Shown here piece after piece: positions 16,543-25,484 of a stretch of DNA of 64,000 nt. The position numbers were made by a program, and so were the translations under genes. The stretch spans positions 3,299-67,298 of the forward strand of contig CALWCW010000066.1 in NCBI GenBank assembly GCA_944376495.1. Reading direction: 5' to 3'. The notes under the pieces are model-generated. The model was not told the origin of the DNA. It saw nothing but the letters and a program-made list of their open reading frames with translations, and ran no database searches. The stretch's first letter is position 1, and every line of letters starts with the position of its first letter. Origin of the DNA: an uncultured Clostridia bacterium (GTDB lineage: Bacteria; Bacillota; Clostridia; Christensenellales; UBA1242).

Positions 16543-16838
16543 TGGTTGCTATTGGGAAAAAATATAACAAATCATCTGCTCAAGTAATTTTACGTTGGCT
16601 TATTCAACGTGGAGTGATTGTCGTTTGCAAATCAACGCATTTAGAAAGAATACAAGAAAACTTTAATGTTTTTGATTTTGAATTGACAGAAGAAGATATG
16701 AAACAAATTAAACAACTTGATAAAGAGGAGAGTCTTTTCTTTAATCATCAAGATCCTAAAATGGTGGAATGGTTTGACCAAATTGTGATGGTTCGTAGAA
16801 CTAATAATGACGCAAGTAAAGAAAAGAAATCTTGGTAG
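16536..16838 (+). pseudogene. Aldo/keto reductase, C-terminal about 100 aa only
   Basis: [55 protein letters not shown] matches the AKR C-terminus. The N-terminal roughly two-thirds is absent. In-frame stop at 16521-16523. Confidence 0.75.
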
Positions 16839-16886
16839 AAACAAATCTATATAAAAAACCTAATCAATCTATTTGAATCAAGCGAA

Positions 16887-16945
16887 AAAATACCTTAACT
16901 TATTTATCCCTACAGGTTAATTTAGTTAAGGTATTTTTATTTATT
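16887..16945 (+). terminator. Long-stem terminator
   Basis: AAAATACCTTAACT / AGTTAAGGTATTTT 14-bp stem with a 23-nt loop, followed by TTTTTATTT. Confidence 0.6.
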
Positions 16946-17207
16946 CTTAATTGTAAAATTTAAAAAACAACTGCTTTTGTCACCAATGATTTATTATATA
17001 ATTTGTATTAGATTTTAAAAAATTTTATTATCAATTTACTAAAAATATTATAAATTTATCAGTTTTTTAGATATTTTTAGTAAATTTTTGTATTTTTTGT
17101 AATTTTTTTCGTAAAAATTTTAAAATTAAAATCCTTTTATTAAAAATTTGTGTGTGATTTTTAGATTTTAATTTCTAAATAGTAGTTTTTTGTGAGATTA
17201 TTATTTT

Positions 17208-18128
17208 TTAATTTACTAAAAATCCTTGAATTATATAATCTTCTGCTTCTTTTTGTGTTAACCCTAATGTCATGAGTTTTATAAGTTCATCTCCTGCAAT
17301 CTTTCCTATTGCGGCTTCGTGAACTAATGAGGCATTATTGTCAATCGCATCAATTTTTGGAATAGAAATAATTCTTGCTTTGTCTAGTAAAATTCCATCA
17401 CATTCAACATGACCAAAACATTCATTTTTACCAATGAGGTCTGACTTAAATTCTTGATAAGAGTTGTCTTTTGCAACGCTATGGCTTACAACCTCCACCG
17501 AAGAATGTTCTCCTATTAAATCAACTTTGAATTGAGTTTTGGCTGTTTGATTTTCTGTAGTTAAAATATTTTCATGTATGATTAATTTCGCCTTATCTTC
17601 AAGTTTTGCGTATGTTTTTCTTAAAGAGAGAGTGACTCCGCTAAGTTGAGAGGTTTCAAGTTCCATCACGCTATTTTCTTTTTGATAAATTCTAGTCACA
17701 GGATTTAAAATCTTTCCTCCGCTTCCTTCTCCCTCTCCAATATGTCTTTCAATATATTTAACTTTGCTATTTTTCCCAATATGAAAACTATGAATGCCAT
17801 TATGCGAACTTGTATTACACGTTTTATTATGGATTCCGCAACCTGCAACGATTACAACGTCACAATTTTCGCCAATATAAAAGTCATTATAAACTAAATC
17901 ATTAAGTCCACCAACGGTTATAATAACAGGAATATGAATACTTTTGTTTTTAACATTTGGATGAACAATTATATCTATTCCGCTTTTATTCTTTTTGGGA
18001 ACAATATCTATATCTTTAGTTGATTGTCTTTCCACTGCTTGTCCATTTTTACGCAAGTTGAATGCTCCGCTTGGGATAGAGTGTAGGTCGGCAATTTTTT
18101 CAAGTAATTTTTTCTCTATATTATTCAT
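17208..18128 (-). CDS. SufB/SufD-family Fe-S cluster assembly protein
   Basis: Beta-helix-type repeats and C-terminal ...ASLVHEAAIGKIAGDELIKLMTLGLTQKEAEDYIIQGF. ATG at 18128 preceded by GAGGTG. Overlaps the sufC stop by 8 nt. Confidence 0.75.
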   Translation of the reverse strand: MNNIEKKLLEKIADLHSIPSGAFNLRKNGQAVERQSTKDIDIVPKKNKSGIDIIVHPNVKNKSIHIPVIITVGGLNDLVYNDFYIGENCDVVIVAGCGIHNKTCNTSSHNGIHSFHIGKNSKVKYIERHIGEGEGSGGKILNPVTRIYQKENSVMELETSQLSGVTLSLRKTYAKLEDKAKLIIHENILTTENQTAKTQFKVDLIGEHSSVEVVSHSVAKDNSYQEFKSDLIGKNECFGHVECDGILLDKARIISIPKIDAIDNNASLVHEAAIGKIAGDELIKLMTLGLTQKEAEDYIIQGFLVN

Positions 18129-18825
18129 TTTCACCTCGCAATCTTCCGCATTTGTCATTTTCTAGCATTGGTGCTATATCATTTAGTTTTCCTTGTGCTA
18201 ATATCTCTCCATTCTTCAATAAGATTATTTCATCGGCAATTTCTAATATTTTTTTCTGATGACTTACAATAATATTCGTTGCGTTTTTTAGTGACGAAAA
18301 AATTTTGATAAGATTGTCAAAACTCCATAGGTCAATCCCAGCCTCTGGTTCGTCAAAAATATTTAGTTTTGCATTTCTAGCAATAGCCATTGCAAGTTCT
18401 ATTCTCTTAAGTTCTCCGCCTGAAAGTTTGTCGTCAATAGGGCGGTCAAGATAGTCTTTTGCACATAACCCAACAGTTGATAAAAAATCACAATGATTAT
18501 TGAGTTTATTTTTTTCACCGCTTGCAAGGTCTAAAAGTTCTCTTACTTTTATGCCTTTAAATGTAACAGGTTGTTGAAAAGCATAACTTATGCCTTTTCT
18601 TGCTCTTTCATCAATCGTTAGGGCTGTCAAATCCTCATTATCAAAAAAGATTTCTCCACTTGTTTGTTTTAAAATGCCCATTATGATTTTAACAAGTGTA
18701 GATTTACCACTGCCATTAGGCCCAGTTATAACATATATTTTTTCGTCTTCAAATTTTAGATTTATATCTTTTAAAATGTCATTATTCTCTTTGACACTAT
18801 AACTTAATTTTTTTATTTCTAACAT
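18121..18825 (-). CDS. sufC: Fe-S cluster assembly ATPase SufC-like (ABC ATPase)
   Basis: Walker A GPNGSGKST, signature LSGGELKR, Walker B NIFDEPEAGID. Paired with a SufB/D-family gene. Confidence 0.75.
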   Translation of the reverse strand: MLEIKKLSYSVKENNDILKDINLKFEDEKIYVITGPNGSGKSTLVKIIMGILKQTSGEIFFDNEDLTALTIDERARKGISYAFQQPVTFKGIKVRELLDLASGEKNKLNNHCDFLSTVGLCAKDYLDRPIDDKLSGGELKRIELAMAIARNAKLNIFDEPEAGIDLWSFDNLIKIFSSLKNATNIIVSHQKKILEIADEIILLKNGEILAQGKLNDIAPMLENDKCGRLRGENE

Positions 18826-18831
18826 GCTTGT

Positions 18832-18860
18832 ATTATATCAAAAGCAAATTCTTTTGTCAA
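18832..18860 (-). promoter_or_regulatory. Consensus promoter TTGACA-17-TATAAT, 6 nt before the sufC ATG (leaderless architecture)
   Basis: Minus strand: -35 at 18860-18855 and -10 at 18837-18832, then ACAAGC and the ATG at 18825. No SD. Confidence 0.7.
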
Positions 18861-19060
18861 ACAAGAAAGAATATGTTTGTTTGATAATAAAAAGGTTAAA
18901 CTAAAAAAGAAATTGCACTTTTGTTCTATTTGACAATTATAAAGCACCTTATTTTATGTTGATTTTCAAGGTGCTTAAATTAATAAATGATTTATTTAAA
19001 AATAAATTTAATTATTAAAAAAATTATTTTTATAATTATTTGATAAATTCATGAACTTTA

Positions 19061-20668
19061 TTATAATCCAAAAATTTTTCCTTTATCGTCGATTTTCATT
19101 TGTTCACTATTTGGATTTTTCCCAAGTCCTGGCATTAAAGATATGTTGCCAGCAATTGCAACAATAAAACCCGCTCCATTTTTTAATTCTAAATCTTTGA
19201 TGTGAAAGGTGAAATTTTGAGGACAACCTATTAATTTCATATCATCTGACAGAGAATACTGTGTTTTAGCAATAATTACGGGATAGTGTGGGGCTATTTC
19301 GTTTAATAGGGCTATTTTTGCTTGTGCAGAAGGGTAGTATTCAATATTTGATGCTCCATAGATTTTTTTAACTATTTTTTCTATCTTCTCTTCTAAAGAA
19401 TCTTCTAGATTGTAGCAAAATTCAAGTTTGCTAGGTTTTTTTGAGGTTAATTTTAAAACTTCCTTTGCAAGTTCAATGCAACCCTCGCCTCCTTGCAAGA
19501 AAGGACTACATTCCAGACATGATATTCCAAGATTTTGACATAGATTTTTTATTTCATCAAATTCATCTTGTTTGTCGTCAGGGAATTTATTAACTGCAAC
19601 TATAACTTCTTTATTAAACACATTTTTAATGTTTTCTATGTGTTTTTGTAAATTGGCAAAACCTTCATTAATTTTTTTATTTTCGCTATGATTTTTAAAG
19701 GCTTTTACAGTTGCAACTATGACTACTGCATTAGGATTTAAGTTAGCTAAACGACATTTTAAATCAAAAAACTTTTCACCGCCTAAATCGGCACCAAAGC
19801 CTGCTTCAGTAATGCAATAATCGCCCAAAGAAAGAGCGGTCAAAGTCGCTATAATTGAATTGCATCCGTGCGCAATGTTGGCAAAAGGCCCGCCATGAAC
19901 AATTGCTGGAGTTCCCTTCAAAGTTTGAACAAGATTAGGCTTTATTGCATCTTTAAGAAGAATTGTTATTGCATCTTGTGCGTGTATATCTTTTGCAAAA
20001 ATAGGTTTATTATCATAGTTATAAGCGACTAAAATATTTTCTAGTCTATTTTTTAAATCCTCAAGTGACGAACTTAAACATAATATTGCCATTATTTCAC
20101 TAGCCGCTGTAATATCAAATTTTTCTTTTCGCACGACATTTCTTTTAAGAGGTTCTTCATTGATGGTTATTTCTCTTAACGCTCTATCATTAACATCCAA
20201 ACACCTATGAAAAACAATTTTTTCTGGATTGATATTTAATTCATTCCCTTGAAAAATATGATTATCAATTAATGCACAAAGAAGGTTGTTCGCACTTGTT
20301 ATTGCGTGAAAATCTCCCGTGAAATGCAAGTTAATATTGTCACTAGGCTCAATTGTCGCCTTACCTCCTCCAGTTGCACCGCCTTTTATTCCAAATACTG
20401 GGCCAAGAGATGGCTCACGCAACGCGAGAACTGCCTTTTTTCCGAGTAACGAAAGAGCATCGGCAAGACCAATTGAAACGGTAGTTTTTCCTTCTCCAGA
20501 AGGAGTTGGATTGATTGAAGTTACTAAAATAAGTTTTCCTCTTGGAGAAAAATTAATTTTGTTAATTTTTGCCATATATTTGCCATAAAGGTCAATATCA
20601 TCTTCAGTTAAATTAAGTTTTTGGGCAATTTTTGATATGTTCAATATCTCTGCATTTTGATTGTTCAT
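19061..20668 (-). CDS. fhs: Formate--tetrahydrofolate ligase
   Basis: Full-length FTHFS similarity (..TPSGEGKTTVSIGL.., ..VHGGPFANIAHG..). ATG at 20668 preceded by AAGGAG. Confidence 0.93.
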   Translation of the reverse strand: MNNQNAEILNISKIAQKLNLTEDDIDLYGKYMAKINKINFSPRGKLILVTSINPTPSGEGKTTVSIGLADALSLLGKKAVLALREPSLGPVFGIKGGATGGGKATIEPSDNINLHFTGDFHAITSANNLLCALIDNHIFQGNELNINPEKIVFHRCLDVNDRALREITINEEPLKRNVVRKEKFDITAASEIMAILCLSSSLEDLKNRLENILVAYNYDNKPIFAKDIHAQDAITILLKDAIKPNLVQTLKGTPAIVHGGPFANIAHGCNSIIATLTALSLGDYCITEAGFGADLGGEKFFDLKCRLANLNPNAVVIVATVKAFKNHSENKKINEGFANLQKHIENIKNVFNKEVIVAVNKFPDDKQDEFDEIKNLCQNLGISCLECSPFLQGGEGCIELAKEVLKLTSKKPSKLEFCYNLEDSLEEKIEKIVKKIYGASNIEYYPSAQAKIALLNEIAPHYPVIIAKTQYSLSDDMKLIGCPQNFTFHIKDLELKNGAGFIVAIAGNISLMPGLGKNPNSEQMKIDDKGKIFGL

Positions 20669-20897
20669 TAATACTCCTTTTTCACTTTTTAAGTATATCA
20701 CATTTTTATATCAAAAAGCATATATTTTAACGTCTTTTTTTTAAAAATGAAAACTATATTTGTTAATAAAAAAGAAAATAATAAATTTAATTAATTTTTT
20801 AAAAAAGATTGACATATAATTAAAATAGGTAAGGTATAAAATAAAAATAAGAAAAGTTTGTTTTTAAGCAAGTTTTTCATTTTTAAAGGAGGGGAAT

Positions 20898-21131
20898 ATG
20901 AGCAGTTTCGTTAAGGCTATGGATAGTATGCCAATGATTGTTAAAATTATTTTAGCATTACCAGTTCTTGACATTATCTGGAATATTTATCGTGTTGTAA
21001 GATCTGCAGCAAAGAAAAGTGTTCTTGGTATAATTCTTGGTGTTGTTTTAATCATAGTTGGTATCCCATTTATGTGGCTTGTTGATATTATTAGTATCAT
21101 CGTTTGCAACAAAGTTTTGTGGATTGATTAA
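20898..21131 (+). CDS. Small two-TM membrane protein (hypothetical)
   Basis: SD AGGAGG. 77 aa with two hydrophobic helices. Terminator follows. Confidence 0.6.
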   Translation: MSSFVKAMDSMPMIVKIILALPVLDIIWNIYRVVRSAAKKSVLGIILGVVLIIVGIPFMWLVDIISIIVCNKVLWID

Positions 21132-21140
21132 GAGTAAAAG

Positions 21141-21168
21141 AAAAACGTCTTATTTAGGCGTTTTTTTG
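21141..21168 (+). terminator. Rho-independent terminator
   Basis: AAAAACGTC-ttattta-GGCGTTTTTTT. Confidence 0.7.
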
Positions 21169-21225
21169 TTGTAAATTTTTTAAAATGTGTTATACTATAA
21201 ATATAGTATTTTGATTGGAGGAATT

Positions 21226-21897
21226 ATGGCAATTTTAGATAGGCTTTTTGGTCGTGGAACAAATTATGATGATGACTTTTATGATGAAGACGATGAAGAC
21301 GATGACGAAGAAAGTGAAGATGACGAAGACGATGAAAACCCTTTTGGCGATGATGACGAAAATGAAGATGGATTTAGCGGGGATCCAGACCTTAATGACC
21401 CTAACAACCCTGATAACCTTTTAAATTTTAATGAGGAAGAAACATTTGACGAAGAAGATGATGATAAAGATAAGGATGATGAGGGAAACGATAAAGACGA
21501 TAAGAAAAAGAAAAAAAAGAAAAAAGATGATAAGGGTGATAAAGGCAATAATAAGAAAGACGTTGAAGGGAAGGGAAAGGTTAAAGTTCAACATGCAAAT
21601 GCAAGAGTGCCAAAATCAATTATTAGAAAAAATGCTTTATCATATGAATGTCTCCCAAATCCAGAAGGAACGTGTCCATTTTGTCATCAATTTACAATTG
21701 TTAAAAGTATGAGAATGGGGGATAAATTGCTAGTTACTTTGCCAATTTTAGTTGTTGCTCGTAATAATGTTAATACATTTTATTGCATGAATCCAAGATG
21801 TAAGAAAAACTGGAAATCGGGTTGGTGTTTTAGAGCCGCAGGCGAACGCTTTATTGGTGCAAAGCTTCCAACTAAAAGAATGTTTAATAAAGATTAA
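21226..21897 (+). CDS. Polyampholyte (D/E block then K block) protein with a C-terminal zinc-ribbon-like domain (hypothetical)
   Basis: ATG at 21226 after GGAGG. Residues about 12-100 are almost only D/E/N/G/F/P, followed by KKKKKKKKDDKGDKGNNKK. C-terminus carries CPFCHQF...YCMNPRCKKNW (CxxC...CxxxxC). Confidence 0.7.
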   Translation: MAILDRLFGRGTNYDDDFYDEDDEDDDEESEDDEDDENPFGDDDENEDGFSGDPDLNDPNNPDNLLNFNEEETFDEEDDDKDKDDEGNDKDDKKKKKKKKDDKGDKGNNKKDVEGKGKVKVQHANARVPKSIIRKNALSYECLPNPEGTCPFCHQFTIVKSMRMGDKLLVTLPILVVARNNVNTFYCMNPRCKKNWKSGWCFRAAGERFIGAKLPTKRMFNKD

Positions 21898-22080
21898 AAA
21901 TAAGAATTTTTACTAGATTAAATGACGGGGTAGTCTATTTATATCAAAACGTTAACCTATGATAATTTATATAAATAAAATATTTTTATTTTGCTGATGA
22001 AAAATAAAATTTAATTGTTTAAGTTATGTATTTGAAAATATTTAATGACGCATTATTGAATAATTAGAAATTAAATTTGA

Positions 22081-22115
22081 AAAAAATATCCATTTTTATT
22101 TGGATATTTTTTTTT
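22081..22115. terminator. Bidirectional-looking hairpin (A-run / stem / T-run)
   Basis: AAAAAATATCCA-tttttatt-TGGATATTTTTTTTT. The 3' arm overlaps the -35 (TTGGAT) of the ppdK promoter (TATAAT at 22123-22128). Confidence 0.6.
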
Positions 22116-22159
22116 GATGTTTTATAATATGAACGGACAAAAAATAAAAGGAGATTTCT

Positions 22160-24787
22160 ATGAAAAAATTTGTTTACTTATTCAAAGAGGCTGACGGCAA
22201 GAATAAAGCCCTCTTTGGTGGCAAAGGTGCAAACCTTGCTGAAATGACCAGTCTTGGAATGCCTGTTCCACAAGGTTTTACAATTACTACTGAAGCCTGC
22301 ACACAGTATTATCAAGATGGCAGAAAAATTAATGATGAAATTTTGGCTCAAATTGAAGAAAAACTTCAAGAACTTGAATCAATCACAGGGAAAAAGTTTG
22401 GAGATAAAAACAATCCACTTCTTGTATCTGTTCGTTCAGGGGCTAGAGTTTCAATGCCTGGTATGATGGATACTATTTTAAACCTTGGTCTTAATGATGA
22501 GGTTGTTGAAGGACTTGCAACTTTAACAAACAATCCTCGTTTTGCTTACGACTCTTATAGAAGATTTATTCAAATGTTCAGTGATGTTGTTATGCAACAA
22601 GAAAAATCTAAATATGAAAGAATTCTTGACAAGGTTAAGGAAGAAAAAGGTGTTCAATTTGATAAAGACCTTTCTGCTAATGACCTTAAAGAAATCGTTC
22701 AAATGTTTAAGGACCTATACTTAAAAGCACAAGGCGAAGAGTTCCCACAAGAACCAAAGAAACAATTAATTGAAGCTGTAAAAGCAGTATTTCGTTCTTG
22801 GGACAATGACAGAGCAAATGTCTATAGAAGAATGCACGACATTCCTTATGAATGGGGAACTGCTGTCAATGTTCAATCAATGGTTTTCGGAAACATGGGC
22901 GAAACTTCAGGAACAGGCGTTGCCTTCTCTCGTAACCCTGCAACAGGTGAAAATAAACTCTATGGTGAATATCTAATGAATGCACAAGGTGAAGACGTTG
23001 TTGCTGGTATTAGAACTCCTCTTCCAATTTCTACTTTAGAAGAACAAAATCCTGAAGTTTATAAACAATTTGCAGAAATTGCAAAGACTCTTGAAAGACA
23101 TAATAAAGATATGCAAGATATGGAATTTACTATTGAAAATGGCAAACTCTATATGCTTCAAACTAGAAATGGAAAAAGAACTGCTAAAGCTGCTTTAAAA
23201 GTCGCTGTTGACCTTGTAAGCGAAGGACTTATCACTGAACAAGAAGCATTAATGATGCTTGATCCAAAACAATTAGATGCACTTTTGCACCCACAATTTA
23301 ACGACGCAAGTCTTAAAAAAGCAACTCCTATTGCTGAAGCATTGCCAGCATCTCCTGGTGCTGCTTGCGGTAAAATTTGCTTTACAGCAGAAAAAGCAAA
23401 AGAGATGGGAGCAAACGGAGAAAAGGTTGTTTTAGTTCGTTTAGAAACTTCTCCAGAAGATATTGAAGGTATGGCTGCAAGTCAAGGTATTTTGACTGCT
23501 CGTGGTGGTATGACTTCTCACGCAGCCGTTGTTGCTCGTGGTATGGGAACTGCTTGCGTTGCAGGTTGCAGTGCGATCAAATTTGCAGAAGATGAAAAAT
23601 CATTTTCTGTTAACGGAAAAACTTATGTTGAGGGAGATGTTATCTCTTTTGATGGTTCAACAGGAAAGGTTTATGATGGAGAAATTCAAACAGAACCTGC
23701 AAAAATTTCTGGTGAATTTGCAACAATTATGCAATGGGCTGATAAATATCGCGCATTGAAAGTTAGAACAAATGCTGATAATCCAAAAGACGCTAAAAAT
23801 GCTTTCAATTTTGGTGCAGAGGGTGTTGGTCTTTGCAGAACAGAACATATGTTCTTTGAAGCCGATAGAATCCCAGCAGTTCGAGAAATGATTGTTTCTT
23901 CTACTGTTGAAGAAAGAAAGAAAGCACTTGCTAAACTTCTTCCAATGCAAAGAAAAGACTTTATCGGAATTTATGAGGCTATGGAAGGACTTCCTGTTAC
24001 AATTCGTTTCCTTGACCCACCTCTTCACGAATTCTTACCTCATGAAGATAGTGAAATAAAAGCACTTGCAAAAGAAATGGGAATCTCTTTTGATAGATTA
24101 AAACAAACTGTGGCAGACCTTCATGAATTCAACCCAATGATGGGACACAGAGGTCTTAGACTTGCTGTTACTTATCCTGAAATTGCTGAAATGCAAACTC
24201 AAGCAGTTATTGAAGCGGCAATCACTGTAAATCAAGAAAAGGGTTATAATATCGTTCCTGAAATTATGATTCCTCTTACTTGCGATTGGAAAGAGTTTAA
24301 GTATGTTCGTGATATTGTCGCAAATAAGGCTGATGAAATCATCGCTGAAAAAGGTGTTAAACTCACATATAAAATTGGAACTATGATTGAAATTCCTCGT
24401 GCCGCTCTTACAGCTGACGAAATCGCAAAATATGCTGAATTTTTCTCATTTGGAACTAACGACTTGACTCAAATGACGTATGGATTTAGCCGTGATGATG
24501 CTGGTAAATTCTTGGATGTTTACTATGCTAAAAAGATTTTTGAAAGCGACCCATTTGCAAGACTTGACCAAAATGGTGTTGGTAAACTTGTAAAAATGGC
24601 TTGTGATTTAGGAAAATCAACTCGTCCTGATATTAAACTTGGTATCTGTGGTGAACATGGTGGCGACCCATCATCTGTTGAGTTCTGCCATAATAGCGGA
24701 CTTACTTATGTTTCTTGCTCACCATACAGAGTTCCTATCGCAAGACTTGCTGCCGCTCAAGCAAATATAAAAAATCCTAGACAATAA
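22160..24787 (+). CDS. ppdK: Pyruvate, phosphate dikinase
   Basis: 875 aa. N-terminal ATP-grasp (GGKGANLAEM), phosphohistidine region GGMTSHAAVVARGMG, and a PEP-utilising C-terminal domain. Confidence 0.95.
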   Translation: MKKFVYLFKEADGKNKALFGGKGANLAEMTSLGMPVPQGFTITTEACTQYYQDGRKINDEILAQIEEKLQELESITGKKFGDKNNPLLVSVRSGARVSMPGMMDTILNLGLNDEVVEGLATLTNNPRFAYDSYRRFIQMFSDVVMQQEKSKYERILDKVKEEKGVQFDKDLSANDLKEIVQMFKDLYLKAQGEEFPQEPKKQLIEAVKAVFRSWDNDRANVYRRMHDIPYEWGTAVNVQSMVFGNMGETSGTGVAFSRNPATGENKLYGEYLMNAQGEDVVAGIRTPLPISTLEEQNPEVYKQFAEIAKTLERHNKDMQDMEFTIENGKLYMLQTRNGKRTAKAALKVAVDLVSEGLITEQEALMMLDPKQLDALLHPQFNDASLKKATPIAEALPASPGAACGKICFTAEKAKEMGANGEKVVLVRLETSPEDIEGMAASQGILTARGGMTSHAAVVARGMGTACVAGCSAIKFAEDEKSFSVNGKTYVEGDVISFDGSTGKVYDGEIQTEPAKISGEFATIMQWADKYRALKVRTNADNPKDAKNAFNFGAEGVGLCRTEHMFFEADRIPAVREMIVSSTVEERKKALAKLLPMQRKDFIGIYEAMEGLPVTIRFLDPPLHEFLPHEDSEIKALAKEMGISFDRLKQTVADLHEFNPMMGHRGLRLAVTYPEIAEMQTQAVIEAAITVNQEKGYNIVPEIMIPLTCDWKEFKYVRDIVANKADEIIAEKGVKLTYKIGTMIEIPRAALTADEIAKYAEFFSFGTNDLTQMTYGFSRDDAGKFLDVYYAKKIFESDPFARLDQNGVGKLVKMACDLGKSTRPDIKLGICGEHGGDPSSVEFCHNSGLTYVSCSPYRVPIARLAAAQANIKNPRQ

Positions 24788-24900
24788 TCAAAATTATATA
24801 AAAAATATTAAAATTTTAGTTTTAGAATATTTAGTAAAAATAAAATTAAATAATATTTTAAAAAATCATTTATTTTAAATTGTTTTAAAGAATTTAAGTA
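24788..24900. other. A+T-dominated spacer
   Basis: About 110 bp of low-complexity A/T between the ppdK stop and its terminator hairpin. Confidence 0.8.
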
Positions 24901-24904
24901 AAAT

Positions 24905-24931
24905 CAGGTTTCGTTAAGAGACCTGTTTTTT
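24905..24931 (+). terminator. Rho-independent terminator (ppdK)
   Basis: CAGGTTTC-gttaa-GAGACCTG followed by TTTTTT. Confidence 0.7.
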
Positions 24932-25157
24932 GTTTTACCTTTAAATTATAACTTCTTAAATTTAGTATATTTGTAAAAAAAGTATTTACTTAAATTATAG
25001 AATATTATCATCAAAATCGGAGATTATTCAAGGTTCTTATTTTGCCAGAAAACAATTCTTTAAAATTCCATAATTTATTTATATGTTAATGTTAAATCAA
25101 TTAAACATTATTTAGATTTTTTAATTAATAAAAAAGTATATTTTTTCATATTTTTTC

Positions 25158-25186
25158 TTGACTTTATTTTTTCTTAATGCTAAAAT
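25158..25186 (+). promoter_or_regulatory. Promoter TTGACT-17-TAAAAT of the T-box leader
   Basis: -35 at 25158-25163 and -10 at 25181-25186. Confidence 0.65.
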
Positions 25187-25192
25187 GTAGGC

Positions 25193-25398
25193 ATTAAGAC
25201 GTTGAGAAAGTAAGTAGTTTTATTATAAGCTTTCAGAGAGACAGTGGTTGGTGAAAACTGTTAAGTTTTATAAAATGAAAGACAACTTTTGAGTTTTAAA
25301 AATATTTTCTTAATGAGTGGTCATTTTGACAAATTAGGTGGCACCGCGGATAAAAATTATTCGTCCTAATGCAAATATTTTTGCGTTAGGACTTTTTG
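25193..25398 (+). promoter_or_regulatory. T-box leader (tRNA-sensing riboswitch), specifier GAC (Asp)
   Basis: AGAGA box (25235-25240 region). Specifier-loop context GAAAGACAA with GAC at 25281-25283. T-box sequence AAATTAGGTGGCACCGCGG at 25331-25349. Terminator GTCCTAATGCAA/TTGCGTTAGGAC plus TTTTT at 25363-25397. Confidence 0.85.
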
Positions 25399-25484
25399 TT
25401 TACATTAATTAAATTATCAAATTTTGATTTTTGTCAATAAAAAATCCTAAAAGTAAAACAAAATTTGATATAAAGGAGAAAAAT

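Noticed and set aside
18942-18976. 9-bp inverted repeat AAGCACCTT...AAGGTGCTT downstream of fhs, considered as its terminator.
   Set aside because: The loop is 17 nt, and on the minus strand the stem is followed only by TTTATAATTG, a poor U-run. It may still act as a weak terminator, but the evidence is too thin to list as a feature.
21279-21548. 89-aa poly-Ser ORF on the minus strand, plus the other antisense or off-frame track ORFs (for example 525-719, 1604-1807, 3014-3244, 11969-12217, 13973-14295, 20319-20588, 22178-22724, 23529-24028, 62440-63387).
   Set aside because: Each lies wholly inside a longer, motif-supported gene on the other strand or in another frame. They have low-complexity or hydrophobic nonsense composition and no SD or promoter. 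They are shadow ORFs, typical of AT-rich DNA.
22046-22058. 13-nt identity (TGACGCATTATTG) with hairpin 2 of element copy 2 (32412-32424), considered as a fourth, degenerate element copy.
   Set aside because: Only a 5-bp hairpin (TAATG-acg-CATTA) is present there. There is no closing stem, no TTTTGAAC hairpin and no third arm. It may be a remnant or chance, and it is not countable as a copy.
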